Part shown: positions 39,076 through 51,730 of the stretch, in pieces | Numbering within the stretch: the first letter of the stretch is position 1 | How the letters are laid out: each line of letters starts with the position of its first letter | Assembly: GCF_004010195.1 (NCBI RefSeq) | Contig: NC_057719.1 | Location: 27,943,072 to 28,007,071, forward strand | DNA: 64,000 nt | Source: Chiloscyllium plagiosum | Lineage: Eukaryota | Direction: 5' to 3' | The notes under the pieces: model-generated | Seen by the model: the letters and a program-made list of their open reading frames with translations, nothing else | Told to the model about the DNA's origin: nothing | The model's database searches: none | Translations under genes and position numbers: made by a program

Positions 39076-40544
39076 TGGCGTGTTAGTGAAATAATGTACC
39101 ATCTCCAACCACCAAATATAACAGTTCTCTTTCAAACCTGTGTCAGTGCCTGGTTTCATGAGAAAAGTGTATAGATGCCTTTTTCTGCTTTTATTGCTGT
39201 GAATAAATGATTAGTGTTCACTCCACTGTGCAGCTGTGTGAAATTACAGAAGCCCCATGGTTCAGAACATGATTTATCTTGATGGCACATTCATTGTTGC
39301 TAACTGTCCAGGCCAAAAATTGTGAGCCAACATCTATTCTGAGGGACATTATACAACTATTCACTGTTTGCTTAGTCGTGCATCATAGTAAGTTTGGATT
39401 TAGTTTTCCCAGGCCCTGAATGATATGGGCAATGGCAACTCAGATGGCAAAAGATGGAAGATTGGACAGATGAGATTCTCAATGTTAATAAAACCTTATG
39501 TAAATTTGCATCCAATGTTTAAACGTCAAGACTAGAACCTTGCTAGTGGGTATGCATTAACATCATGTTATTTCCTGTTCTTGCTTCATTTATATGCCAT
39601 TTGCTTTTCTCATGTGAAACAGAGACTTCCCAATATGACAGTCAGAGCAGGTACCTGGCAGCCTCAGTTACTGCTTTCTCCTCCAGGTCTCTGTGTTTGC
39701 TCGCAGTCCCCACCATCTCAGGCATGCTTCAAGGGCAGTGTCCTCCTGCATCCCCATCACTAGAGATTGGAATCAGTCATGCAATAGTTTTAACACATCC
39801 CCATGGCACATCTTTGACTCACTTTAGAATACTACAGTCAGTCCTGCAGGTCCAGTGCTATCAGTCCAAGGATTAGTCGTAAATCAGTCAGGGAGTTACA
39901 CAGAGGTCAGTCAGGGGCCTGGTCACTCATCAGTCAGTGCTGTCTTTCCAAGTCAGTAGAGGGATGGTCCATGGACAGTTGAGGGGGGGGGGGGGGGGTC
40001 TCTTCACTGCAAGTCAAAGCTGTGATGGGCAAGTCTGGAAAGTCAATTGTGAGAAATGGAGCCAGCCTGCAGCAATGTAGAGGGGATAATAATTGTGAAG
40101 TATGGGAAACATAATGTATCAGGAAGGGATATGATAGAGCATGGGAGGCCAAGGGATACTGAAGGAGATAGTACACTGACAATCACCAGCACTCTGGCTT
40201 CGATGATGGAATAAAGTAGGCAGATGAGCAGTTAAATAAATGGATTGTGTAGGGACATGGAGAAGGTCAAAGCCAATGGTTGTCCATTTAAACCATAGAG
40301 GAAGTGAAGTTTTTCTCTTAGAAGGTCATGCATCCTTGGATCTCTTTTCCTGAAAAGGTGATAGAAGCAAACCCTTTGAATATTTTGAAAGCCGATGTGG
40401 GCAGATTCCTGTTAAGCAAGGCAGTGATAGAATATCATGGATAGGCGGGAGTGTGGATTTGAGGTTGCAAACAGATCAGTAAAGAACTTATTGAAAGGTA
40501 GAATGGGCACAAGGTGTTGCTTCTAATGTATATGGTCATATTGA

Positions 40545-41115
40545 TTACTCACCTCCTGACTTCTCAAAATCTGCCCATCATCTCCAAGAAATAAGTCAGC
40601 AGTGTGATGGGATACTCCGCTCCTGTCTGGACAAATGTAGCACCAACAATACTCAAGAAATACAACATCATCCAGGACAAAACAGCCCATTTGAGTGACA
40701 TCCCCATTCATTGCTTTTAACCATCAATCCCTTCACCACTGACACACAGTGACAGTAATTTATACCATCTGCAAGACACATTACATCAACTCACCAAGGC
40801 TCCTTCAACAGCTCCTCCCAATTCCTCTACCACCTAGAAGGCCAAGGGCAGTAGATGCATAGGAACCCCATCATCTGTAAGCTCCCCTCCAAGGCATGCA
40901 CAAGCCTGACTTAGAACTACATCACTGTTCCTTCGTTGTCACTCGGTCAAAATCCTGGCACTCCTTTCATAGCAGAAATGTGGGTGCACTTATGCTGCTT
41001 TAACTGAAGCAGCACAAGAAGATAGCTCACCATTCCCTTCAGAGGGGCATTAGGGATGGGTGATAGAGCATGTCCCAGCCCCCAACGCCCACATGCCATG
41101 AATGAATAAATAAAG
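40545..41115 (+). mobile_element. Old CR1/L2-group LINE 3' end
   Basis: Ends cccacatgccatgaatgaataaataaa; reverse complement of the 10007 and 24508 family. Confidence 0.7.
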
Positions 41116-43430
41116 TTAGGTCCCACAACAGAAATCATTTGAAATTGCCACAATATCAAAGAAGTTACAGATACTTTTGACTATGTTTTAAAAGCTTTTG
41201 ATAATTACTTGGAAAGGAGTACTTTATTTAGGGATAGTCCACACGATTTTGTGAAGGGTAGATCGTGCCTAACTAATCTTATTGAGTTCTTTGAGAATGT
41301 GACAAAACAGGTGGATGAAGGTAAAGCGATTGATGTGGTGTATAATGACTTCCGTAAGGCATTTGATAAAATTCCACGCGGTAGGCTATTGCACAAAATA
41401 TGGATTTTTGGGATTGAAGGTGATTTAGCGGTTTGGATCAGAAATTTGCTCACTGAAAGAAGACAGAGGGTGGTGGTTGATGGGAAATGTTCATCTGGGC
41501 TGAGAAATGGCAAATGGAGTTTAATGTGGAAAAGTATGAGGTAGTTCACTTCAGAAGGAGTAACAGGAATCCAGAGTATGGGCTAATGGTAAAATTCTTG
41601 ACAGTGTAGATGAACAGAGAGATCTCGGTGTCCAGGTGCATAAATCCTTGAAAGTTGCTATCCAGGTTGATAGGATTGTTAAGAAGGCATATGGGTTCCT
41701 TTTGTTTTTGGCCACTCTGGAGAAGTCTATTCCTCGACTGATTCAAACAATTAATCCACGTGGTGGTTTCTCGGGTTACAGGATCATTTTTACAAAATCG
41801 GAAGCCATGCTGGTAGGGAGATTAGTGGAGGTGCCCAATCTGAAGGATGAAATGCAATTCCCATTTAGATGGTTGTCAAAAGGTTTTTTGTATTTGGGAA
41901 TTTTTATTACCGCTTCTTTCTACCAGCTCGATAAAGTTAACTATGTACAACTACTAGAGAGGATAAAACAGGATTTGCAGCGGTGGAAGGGATTACCATT
42001 ATCATGATTGGGCCGAATAGCCCTGATTAAGATGAGTGTTCTTCATTGACTGCTGTACCCCATGAGAATGCTCTCGTTGTTGTTACCCAGACAAATGTTA
42101 CAGAGGCTCAATAATTGGCTAGGGTCCTTTATTTGGTGCCACAGGCGCCCTCTAATTAAATTCACTAAATTGCAGCTTTCACAGGGTGAGGGAGGAGTGG
42201 ATCTTCTGGATTTGAAGAAATATCAAATAAGTGCTTTGTTAACATATGTTGGTGACTGGGTACGGAGGAATGCGGAGACAATTTGGCTTGATATTGAAGC
42301 CTCACAGTCGAGACGTCCTTTAATTAATTTATTATTCATGATAAAATCCGTGACCCAGCAGCATAAGAGCCCAATTATTTTAAATACAGTGAGAGCCTGG
42401 ATGATAATGAGGCAAGATGAGAGCAATTGGTCTAAGACTTTGCCATTTGCCAAGAGGTGCGAGGGAGGAGCGAAGGACTTCTGGGAAGTCATATATTTGT
42501 GTGGTTGCATACCCGAAACACTACTCGGGTAGTGACTCCCACCCATCCTCCTCTTCGAACTAAAAAAAAGGTTCTGTGCACCAGATTGGTAAGGTAACGA
42601 GTTTATTTTTTATTCCTTATTTTTGAAGAATCTCTTTGGGAATTTAGAATAGTGGGAATGGAGGTTAGGGCAGTTGAATGTTCCTCCTGCAGAATGTGGG
42701 AGATAAGGGTCACCACTAGTGTCCCTGCTGACTATATCTGCGGGAAGTGCACCCAACACCAGCTCCTTGAAAACCACATTAGGGAACTGGAGCTAGAGCT
42801 GGATGAACTTCAGCTCATTCGGGAGGCAGAGAGGGTTATTGAGAGGAGTTACAGGGAGGTAGTCACTCCTCAGGTACAAGAAAAAGGTTACAGTCAGGGG
42901 ATGGAAAGGGAACCGGCAAGCAGTGCAGGGATCCCCTGTGGCCATTCCCCTCAACAATAAGTATACCGTTTTGGATACTGTTGGGGGGGGGGGACTTACC
43001 AGGGGAAAGCAGTGGGGCACAGTGCTCTGGCACAGAGTCTGTCCCTGCTGCTCAGAAGGGAAGGGGGAAGAGAAGCAGAGCAGTAGTTATTGGGGACGCC
43101 ATAGTTAGGGGGACAGATAGGAGGTTCTGTGGGGACAAGAGAGACACATAGTTGGTGTGTTGCCTCCCAGATGCCAGGGTTCGTGATGTCTCCGATCGTG
43201 TTTTTGGGATCCTTAAGGGAGAGGGGGAGCAGCCCCAAGTCGTGGTCCACATAGGCACCAACGACATAGGTATGAAGAGAGATGGGGATTTAAGGCAGAA
43301 ATTCAGGGAGCTCGGATGAAAGCTTAGAGCTAGGACGAACAGAGTTGTTGTCTCTGGTTTGTTGCCCGTGCCACGTGCTAGTGAGGTGAGGAATAGGGAG
43401 AGAGAGGAGATGAACACGTGGCTACAGGGA

Positions 43431-43443
43431 NNNNNNNNNNNNN
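43431..43443. other. Assembly gap
   Basis: N run. Confidence 1.
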
Positions 43444-45382
43444 AGTATAGAAAAGGTTGAGAGTAGGGAGGTCCGAAATCAAGTTTCAGGGATGCAAGAT
43501 GGCACTGGCAAGCAAGAAGTTGGTTTGAAGTGTGTCTACTTAAACGCCAGGGGCAGCTGGAATAAGGTGAGTGAACTTGCAGCATGGGTTGGTACCTGGG
43601 ATTTCGATGTTGTGGCCATTTCGGAGACATGGATAGAGCAGGGACAGCAATGGGAGTTGTAGGTTCCAGGATTTAGATGTTTCAGTAAGAACAGAGAAGA
43701 TGGTAAAAGAGGGGGAGGTGTGGCATTGTTGGTCAAAGACAGTATTACAGTTGCAGAAAGGATGTTTGGGGACTCGTCAACTCAGGTAGTATGGGCTGAG
43801 GTTAGAAACAGGAAAAGAGAGGTCACCCTGTTGGGAGTTTTCTGTAGGTCTCCGAATAGTTCCAGAGATGTAGAGGAAAGGATAGCAAGATGATTCTCGA
43901 TAGGAGTGAGAGAGACAGGGTAGTTGTCATGGGGGACTTCAACTTTCCAAATATTGACTGGGAACATTATAGTACGAGTACTATAGATGGGTCAGTTTCT
44001 GTCCAGTGTGTGCAGGAGGGCTTCCTGACACAGTGTGTAGACAGGCCAACAAGGGGCGAAGCCACATTAGATTTGGTACTGAGTAATGAGCCAGGTGTTA
44101 GACTTGGAAGTAGGTGAGCACTTTGGTGATAGCGATCACAATTCTGTTATGTTTACTTTAGAAAGGGATAGGTGTATACCACTGGGCAAGTGTTACAGCT
44201 GGGGGAAAGGCAATTACGATGTGATTAGGCAAGATTTAGGAAGCGTAGGATGGGGAAGGAAACTGCAGGAGATGGGCACATTGGAAATGTGGAGCTTATT
44301 CAAGGAAAAGCTCCTGTGTGTCCTAGATAAGTATTTACCTGTCAGACAAGGAGGAAGCTGTAGAGTGCGGGAGCCGTGGCTTACGAAGGAAGTGGAATCT
44401 CTGGTCAAGAGGAAGAAGGCGGCTTATGTTAGAATGAAATGTGAAGGCTCAGTTAGGGCGCTTGAGGGTTACAAGGTAGCCAGGAAAGACCTAAAGAGAG
44501 AATTCCGAAGAGCCAGGAGGAGACATGAGAAGTTGTTGGCGGATAGGATCAGGGTAAACCCTAAGGCTTTCTATAGGTATAAGGAACAAAAGTATGAGGA
44601 GAGTAAGATTAGGGCCAATCAAGGATAGTAGTGGGAAGTTGTGTGTGGAATCAGAGGAGATAGGGGAAGCACTAAATGAATATTTTTCAACGGTATTCAC
44701 TCTAGAAAACGACAATATTGTCTAGGAGAATACTGAGATACAGGCTACTAGACTAGGTGGGATTGAGATTCACAAGGAAGAGGTATTAGAAATCCTGCAG
44801 AGTGTGAAAATAGATAAGTCCCCTGGGCCGGATGGGATTTATCCTGGGATCCTCTGGGAAGCCAGGGAGGAGATTACCGAGCCTTTGGCATTGATCTTTA
44901 AATCGTCATTGTCTACAGGAATAGTGCAAGAAGACTGGAGGATAGCAAATGTGGTTCCCGTGTTCAAGAAGGGGAGTAGAGACAACCCTGGTAATTATAG
45001 ACCAGTGAGCCTTACTTCAGTTATTGGTAAAGTGTTGGAAAAGGTTATAAAAGATAGGATTTATAATCATCTAGAAACGAATAATTTGATTAGGGACAGT
45101 CAGCGTGGTTTTGTGAAGGGTAGGTCGTACCTCACAAACCTTATTGAGTTCTTTGAGAAGGTGACCAAACAGGTAGATGAGAGTAAACTGGTTGATGTGG
45201 TGTATATGGATTTCAACAAGGCGTTCGATAAGATTCCCCACAGTAAGCTATTGTACAAAATGCGGAGGAATGGGATTGTGGGAGATATAGCAGTTTGGAT
45301 CAGTAATTGGCTTGCTGAAAGAAGACAGAGGGTGGTGGTTGATGGGAAATGTTCATCCTGGAGTCCAGTTACCAGTGGTGTA

Positions 45383-46093
45383 NNNNNNNNNNNNNNNNNN
45401 NNNNNNNNNNNNNNNNNNNNNNNNNNNNNNNNNNNNNNNNNNNNNNNNNNNNNNNNNNNNNNNNNNNNNNNNNNNNNNNNNNNNNNNNNNNNNNNNNNNN
45501 NNNNNNNNNNNNNNNNNNNNNNNNNNNNNNNNNNNNNNNNNNNNNNNNNNNNNNNNNNNNNNNNNNNNNNNNNNNNNNNNNNNNNNNNNNNNNNNNNNNN
45601 NNNNNNNNNNNNNNNNNNNNNNNNNNNNNNNNNNNNNNNNNNNNNNNNNNNNNNNNNNNNNNNNNNNNNNNNNNNNNNNNNNNNNNNNNNNNNNNNNNNN
45701 NNNNNNNNNNNNNNNNNNNNNNNNNNNNNNNNNNNNNNNNNNNNNNNNNNNNNNNNNNNNNNNNNNNNNNNNNNNNNNNNNNNNNNNNNNNNNNNNNNNN
45801 NNNNNNNNNNNNNNNNNNNNNNNNNNNNNNNNNNNNNNNNNNNNNNNNNNNNNNNNNNNNNNNNNNNNNNNNNNNNNNNNNNNNNNNNNNNNNNNNNNNN
45901 NNNNNNNNNNNNNNNNNNNNNNNNNNNNNNNNNNNNNNNNNNNNNNNNNNNNNNNNNNNNNNNNNNNNNNNNNNNNNNNNNNNNNNNNNNNNNNNNNNNN
46001 NNNNNNNNNNNNNNNNNNNNNNNNNNNNNNNNNNNNNNNNNNNNNNNNNNNNNNNNNNNNNNNNNNNNNNNNNNNNNNNNNNNNNNNNNNNNN
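45383..46093. other. Assembly gap
   Basis: N run. Confidence 1.
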
Positions 46094-49000
46094 GGATGTT
46101 GTAGGTTACAGAGAGGCATAGATAAGCTGCAGAGCTGGGCTGAGAGGTGGCAAATGGAGCTTAATGCGGACAAGTGTGAGGTAATTCACTTTGGTCGGAG
46201 CAACCGGAATGCAAAGTACTGGGCTAATGGTAAGATTCTTGGTAGTGTAGATGATCTCCAGCATCTGCAGACCTCAGTTTCTCCTTCTTGGTAGTGTAGA
46301 TGAGCAAAGAGATCTCGGTGTCCATGTACACAGATCCTTGAAAGTTGCCACCCAGGTTGACAGGTTTGTTAAGAAGGCATACAGTGTTTTAGCTTTTATT
46401 AACAGAGGGATTGAGTTCCAGAACCATGAGGTTATGCTGCAGCTGTACAAAACTCTGGTGCGGGCGTACTTGGAGTATTGTGTACAGTTCTGGTCACCGC
46501 ATTATAAGAAGGATGTGGAAGCTTTGGAAAGGGTGTAGAGGAGATGTACTAGGATGTTACCTGGTATGGAGGGAAAGTCTTATGAGGACTTGAGACTGTT
46601 TTCGTTAGAGAGAAGAAGGTTGAGAGGTGACTTAATAGAGACATATAAGATAATCAGAGGGTCAGATAGGGTGGACAGGGAGAGCCTTTTTCCAAGTATG
46701 GTGACGGCGAGCACAAGGGGGCATAGCTTTATATTGAGGGGTGATAGATATAGGACAGATGTCAGAGGTAGTTTCTTTACTCAGAGGGTAGCAAGGGTAT
46801 GGAATGCTTTGTCTGCAACTGTAGTAGATTCGCCAACTTTAAGTATATTTAAGTCGTCATTGGACAAGCATATGGACGTACATGGAATACTGTAGGTTAG
46901 ATGGGCTTCAGATTGGTATGACAGGTCAGCGCAACATCGAGGGCCGAAGGGCCTGTACTGTGCTGTAATGTTCTATGTTCTATTTACCCTGTTGGTGGGA
47001 GCCCAAGAATTAAAACCTGGGGCAATGGACTCTGGCATAAGGCAATGGAATAAGGCAATCTCCTGTCTAGGAAATTTATTAGAAGTGGGGGGGTCCTGAT
47101 GTTATTTAGTCAGTTAAGGTCAGAAATATGGATTGTCTAATATGGACCTTTTCCGATACTTTCAGATAAGGGACTATATACAGAGGAAGACCATGCTCCT
47201 GGTCCAGTGTTACACATCAGACGTGGAGAAAAGAATACTCTGGTGTATGGGTGCTTTTTTACTCAGTACTTTATATCATTTACAGAAAGGTTGCTCTCGG
47301 GGGCGGGGGACATGGAAGGACTCTATAGGACGTGGAATCAAGAGTTAGGAGAGGATATTTCATCGGAGATATCAGAAGACATTTGGGAAATGTAAGGAAA
47401 ATTTCAGTATGTAACAGAGCGCAGGGCATGCAATTGAAGATTTTACACAGGGCTTATAAGGTGCCAGAGAAAGTAGCTACGTTCAAAAGAGGAGTGCCAC
47501 CAGGGTGTCCCAAATGTAAAATTACTATAGGCACTCACACACACTGCTACTGGTCATGTTGTAAGATCCAGAGATACTGGAATGCTATAGTAAGGGAGCT
47601 AAAGGACATCCTGGGGATTGAAATTAACGTGGATCGGGTAATTCTTCTTCTGGGGTTTGCAAGTTTGCCGTCTCTGGAGGAACACGGGAAGAGATTGTGT
47701 AACATTCTTACCCATTGTGCCAGGAAGAATATTCTACTGAATTGGACGTCAGAAAAACTCCCAGGTCTTATGGGGTGGTGTAGGCTGGTGATGGAGCATC
47801 TCCCCCAAGACTACTGCACAAAATAGAACAGCTTCGCAAGATGTGGCAGCCCTTTGTAAATTATATTGGCACAGACTTATCAGCAATATTAATTAGGGCC
47901 ATGATATAGCCATGGGAATCAGTATGGGTGCCTGTGGGGCCCCAGGAGGAGGAGACTGGGGGGAAAAGAATACGGGTACTGTAGATAGTGCTCCCAGGGA
48001 TGGGAGCCTCAGTGGAGGTGTGATGAGTGAGGTAGAATAAAGTAGGGAGATATTATTCAATTTAAGTTACTTGAATTTAGTTTAAGTTAGTATTTATTTA
48101 ATACGTTTGTAGTTTAGTTTAAGTTAAGTAGATGTGTTAGAATAGTAAGTCGTTCATTAATAATAGTACTGCGTTATGGCTTTGTTGTACTGCCTCTATT
48201 TTTCTGTTTTGATGATATTTTTTGTATATAGATGTTTTGTAAAAAATTTAGAAAGGCTTTCAATAAAAATATTTATATAAAAAAAGAAGGCATATGTTGT
48301 GTTGTCGTTTATTGGTCGGGTTTTGTAACCACGAGGTAATGCTTCAGCTGTACAAGACACTAAGGCCGCACCTGGAATATTGCATACAGTTCTGGTCACC
48401 GCATTACAGGAAGGATGTGGAAGTTTTGGAAAGGGTTCAGAGAACCTTTACTAGGATCTTGCCTGGTATGGAAGGAACATCTTACAAGGAAAGGCTGAGG
48501 GAACTGAGGCTGTTTTCGTTGGAGAGAAGAAGGTTGCGAGGTGACTTAATCAAGACAGATAAGATAATCAGAGGGTTAGATAGGGTGGAGAGTGAATGGT
48601 GAAGGCTAACAGGAGGGGACATAGCTTTAAATTGAGGGGTGATAGAGTTAGGACAGATATCACAGACTTCAGGGGTAGTTTCTTTACTCAGAGAGTAGTA
48701 GGGGTATGGAATGGCCTGCCAGCAACAGTAGTAGACTCACCGAAGTTAAGGGCATTTGAATGGGCATTGGACATACGCATGGATAATAATAGAACTGTGT
48801 AGGTTGGACGGGCATCAGATTAATGTCACAGGTTGGTGTAACATCGAGGGCCGAAGGGCCTGTACTGTACTGTAATGTTCTATGTTCTAAATTCTATGTT
48901 ACTTCAATTACAGAAGAAATAAAATCCTTGAAAGAGCTGATTTAACAGAGACATTCAGCTTCCAGGGCAATCTGCAGATAATTTTATTAATGATATTTCA

Positions 49001-49634
49001 TTAATGATATTACTTGAAAACTGTTAACTATGATGTTTTGGAATCTGAATTCATAAGGGACCTGAGCTGGTTTTTACTCTGGGTCAGTTTTGGTCTGCAT
49101 AGAGGGGTTCCTTTCCAGTCTACACATGCTTTTCTTCCTTACCTCTGTCTACCACCCAGAAACAGTCTGGCATTCCATCCTGCCATCCTACAGTGGCAGA
49201 GGTCCACAGTAGAGGGTTTCCATTATGGGAATTCTCAAATAGCACTTCATTGGCACTTGGTTCCAATAGATGTGAGCTGGGAGCAGTGATCATTCAGTGA
49301 TTGCAATTTTGTTGTTACTCAAAAAGAACTGAAAAGGTGAAAACAAGGACTGCAGGTCAGTTCATGAAGCAATTGCAGATTGTGTTCTTTACTTCTCCAT
49401 TTTTCCTGTTATTCAATAGAAGTTAAAATTGTCAACTGTTTTTCTAACATGTGATTCTCCCATATTGAACAATGAGATGTTATGCTACGCTGGGCATGAG
49501 GGGAACATAGCACTCCCTTACATTGGGTTTTAACATGGTATGGCACTCAGGACAGGTAGCCTTTGTAGCTTCATTTTTGCAACTGAAATTACAGAAATAG
49601 TCAGTCAGACAGATGTGAATGGCTGGGGTTGGGG

Positions 49635-49852
49635 GGGCTTGGTTTAGCTTAGTTGGCTGGACAGTTGAATTGCAAAGAAGTGTAATGCCAACAGTATGGG
49701 TTCAATTCCCATCACTGGCTGAGGCTATATGAAGGAGTCTCCTTCTCAACCTCTCCCCTTGCCTGAGGTACGGTGGGCCTCAGGTTAAATCACCACCAAT
49801 TGTCTTTCTCTAATGAGAGAACAACCTTATTGTCTGGTAAGACTATGGTGCC
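49635..49852 (+). mobile_element. Old tRNA-derived SINE (family not assigned)
   Basis: tttagcttagttgg A-box-like and ggttcaattccc B box, followed by a ctcaggttaaatcaccacca body. Confidence 0.5.
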
Positions 49853-49880
49853 CAACAATCTAACATGACAATAAACTTAC

Positions 49881-50391
49881 AAATGTGAGATTCCATTTCC
49901 CAATTATCACTTGTGCCCTTTCGCTCCTGCTATATGGTCTGTGAAGGACTGCTCATAGAAGGAGCGGATAGACGTGTGGTGGAAATGCCAGGAGGTTCTG
50001 GCGTTATCTCTATTGTTGGTGAGTGCACAATGACATGGGCAGGCTGCCACAGAGGAGCGGTGTACATAATGGTGTATATATAGTGGCATATGTAATGAGG
50101 TGAGCAGCAGAGAAGTATGTGAGAAAACTTACAATTCACAGACAGCATCTCTCTGTCAACATCCATGATATTGACACTAAAATGATTTGTGGCATAATTC
50201 AGGTCGGAGCCTGCAGTGTTCACAATCCTCACCTTTTAGCTGTCCCCTGTCTCTTCTCGCCATGTACAAGGTTTTGGACTGAGATGAGACGTTCCATTGA
50301 CAGTCACTCAGTCATGATAGCCACAGTACCACAATCACACACTGTGTAGTTCATAAACCGCTATGTACTTACTGATAGTGTTTATTTGTGA
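49881..50391 (-). pseudogene. Three closely spaced exons (19, 146 and 163 nt) of the minus-strand gene
   Basis: ttctcag|TNKHY|gtaagt, catctcag|PKPCTWREETGDS*KVRIVNTAGSDLNYATNHFSVNIMDVDREMLSVN|gtaagt, gtggcag|CPCHCALTNNRDNARTSWHFHHTSIRSFYEQSFTDHIAGAKGHK**LGNGISH|gtaagt. Phases are 1-2, 2-1, 1-2. Confidence 0.7.
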
Positions 50392-50862
50392 CTGAGAATA
50401 GAAACAAGCTTTATTGCCAACACACACATTTTTATATACCATTCCCATGCTATAGCATTAATTTTCTTCTTTTCCATCAGCCAGCAAAACATTAATTCTC
50501 AGTTAAGTAGCACTTTTTATTTTGTCAGGATGTCAAAAATGCTTTGTATTGTAAGTTGTAGTCAATGGGCCTTAATCTTATATTTTTTGGGTCCAGTTGT
50601 TTTGGAGGGGTTTTCACAGCAAGGCCGAGTGAGGTTTCTCATTGTATCTTCCAAAGCTTGCCTCCTTAACTACCTACCCCATCCCTATGGTGTCCATCAC
50701 ATCCAATTCCAGTCCCATCTTATCCTGGTCCTGGAATAACTTGCCACTGCCTAGATATCCCTGAATTGACTGGCATTCCTGCTGCTAGCACCATCTTTTA
50801 AAGGCTGCCATATGCCCCAATAAGCACAGCTGTTCTGTATCATTCCTGACCTTTACCCTGGA

Positions 50863-51120
50863 CATGGCAGACAAGGGAAACTCCACCTTGTAGGCAGGAA
50901 TCTGAAGTTCCTGCTGGACTGGCTCATGCTCTGATGGTATGTCCTGTCCCCCCAGGAACACATTAGGACATCACAATACCAGTTTGTGCCTGGCTGGTCC
51001 ATGGTTATCCCCTGGGTCAGTATAGTCTCAGTTGCTTAAACGAATGCCCAACAATGCCCAGGAAGATGGTCAAAACCAGAGCCAGTGTAAGTGGCATGAT
51101 CTTCTCTCCAATACTTCACA
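50863..51120 (+). mobile_element. Myb/SANT-like Harbinger partner-gene remnant
   Basis: RNLKFLLDWL...VLSPQEH...PGWSMVIPWVSIVSVA*TNAQQC resembles the Myb/SANT-like domain of Harbinger accessory proteins. Confidence 0.5.
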
Positions 51121-51645
51121 CACAATCTATGCCTGTGATCATCCCCGCCACCCACCACAGTATCATTGCTGCAGCATTAAAGTGGTAGCCAATCAAGTGC
51201 AGACACGCATTGCAAATGGATCAGAGATGTGCCATGAGGGTTGTCAGAGGCTGGCACATATTGGATGCCATTGCCCCCGGCTGGAGGACAAATATGGCCT
51301 GTACCCATTGAGCATGCCCTGAGAGGTTTGTGTCTGGCGTCCAACATAGAGGGTCTTTGGAGCAAATGGGAGTTGAGTTCACCAAATACCTGCTCTGACT
51401 TCTAAGTTAAGGATTCTGAATGTATAGCTTGCTTGCTGCATTTGGTAAGATAGGAGAGGAGTTGTAGCGTTTAGAAGGTATTTAACTATAATCCCCTTTA
51501 TTGGCATCACCCTTGCTGAGTGTGAAATTTGCCTCAGCACTGTGTAGGTGTATAAAAGATGCAGAGAGTAATTCTCGATGACGAGATAAGCCTCACCAAG
51601 TTTGGTGCATGATTTTACCATAGCCCTCATCTTTCAGAAACTTAC

Positions 51646-51730
51646 ATGATTCTGCCCACTTTGTCTGCAAATTCAGCTGCCGATTCACACACAGGGGAGT
51701 TTGAAATATGAAACTCTCTTCCTTGTATAT
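51646..51730 (-). pseudogene. 85-nt exon IYKEESFIFQTPLCVNRQLNLQTKWAES of the minus-strand gene
   Basis: tcttccagctttcacag acceptor, gtaagt donor, open frame, phase 0-1 fits both neighbours. Confidence 0.7.

Larger units (their letters stand above)
42450..46984 (+). mobile_element. Near full-length CR1 (HER1-like) LINE: 5'UTR, ORF1 (Zn finger/coiled coil + SGNH esterase), ORF2 (APE + RT), tail; disabled
   Basis: CSSCRMW...YICGKC; IGDAIVRG and VHIGTND esterase blocks; APE and RT motifs; (ttctatg) tail. Contains frameshifts, stops and two gaps. Confidence 0.95.
41694..48283 (+). mobile_element. 5'-truncated L1/Tx1-type LINE ORF2 (41694-~42448 and ~46985-48283) with poly(A)
   Basis: FSGYRIIFTKSE, YLGIFIT, GGVDLLDLKKY, CCHC knuckle CPKCKITIGTHTHCYWSC, aataaa plus A tail. 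TSD aagaaggcatatg at 41681-41693 and 48284-48296. Confidence 0.9.
41208..48900 (+). mobile_element. Outer CR1 LINE (41208-41693 and 48284-48900) split by nested insertions
   Basis: RT fragment [14 protein letters not shown]...DFRKAFDK on the left; RPHLEYCIQFW...LRGDLI and (ttctatg) tail on the right. Confidence 0.9.

Noticed and set aside
49930..50349. Plus-strand reading (HLSVNIH...GACSVHN) as a Harbinger transposase, and the unspliced 100-aa minus ORF as a gene
   Set aside because: The similarity is weak. The region is better explained by three minus-strand exons with consensus splice sites, and the ORF reads through an intron.
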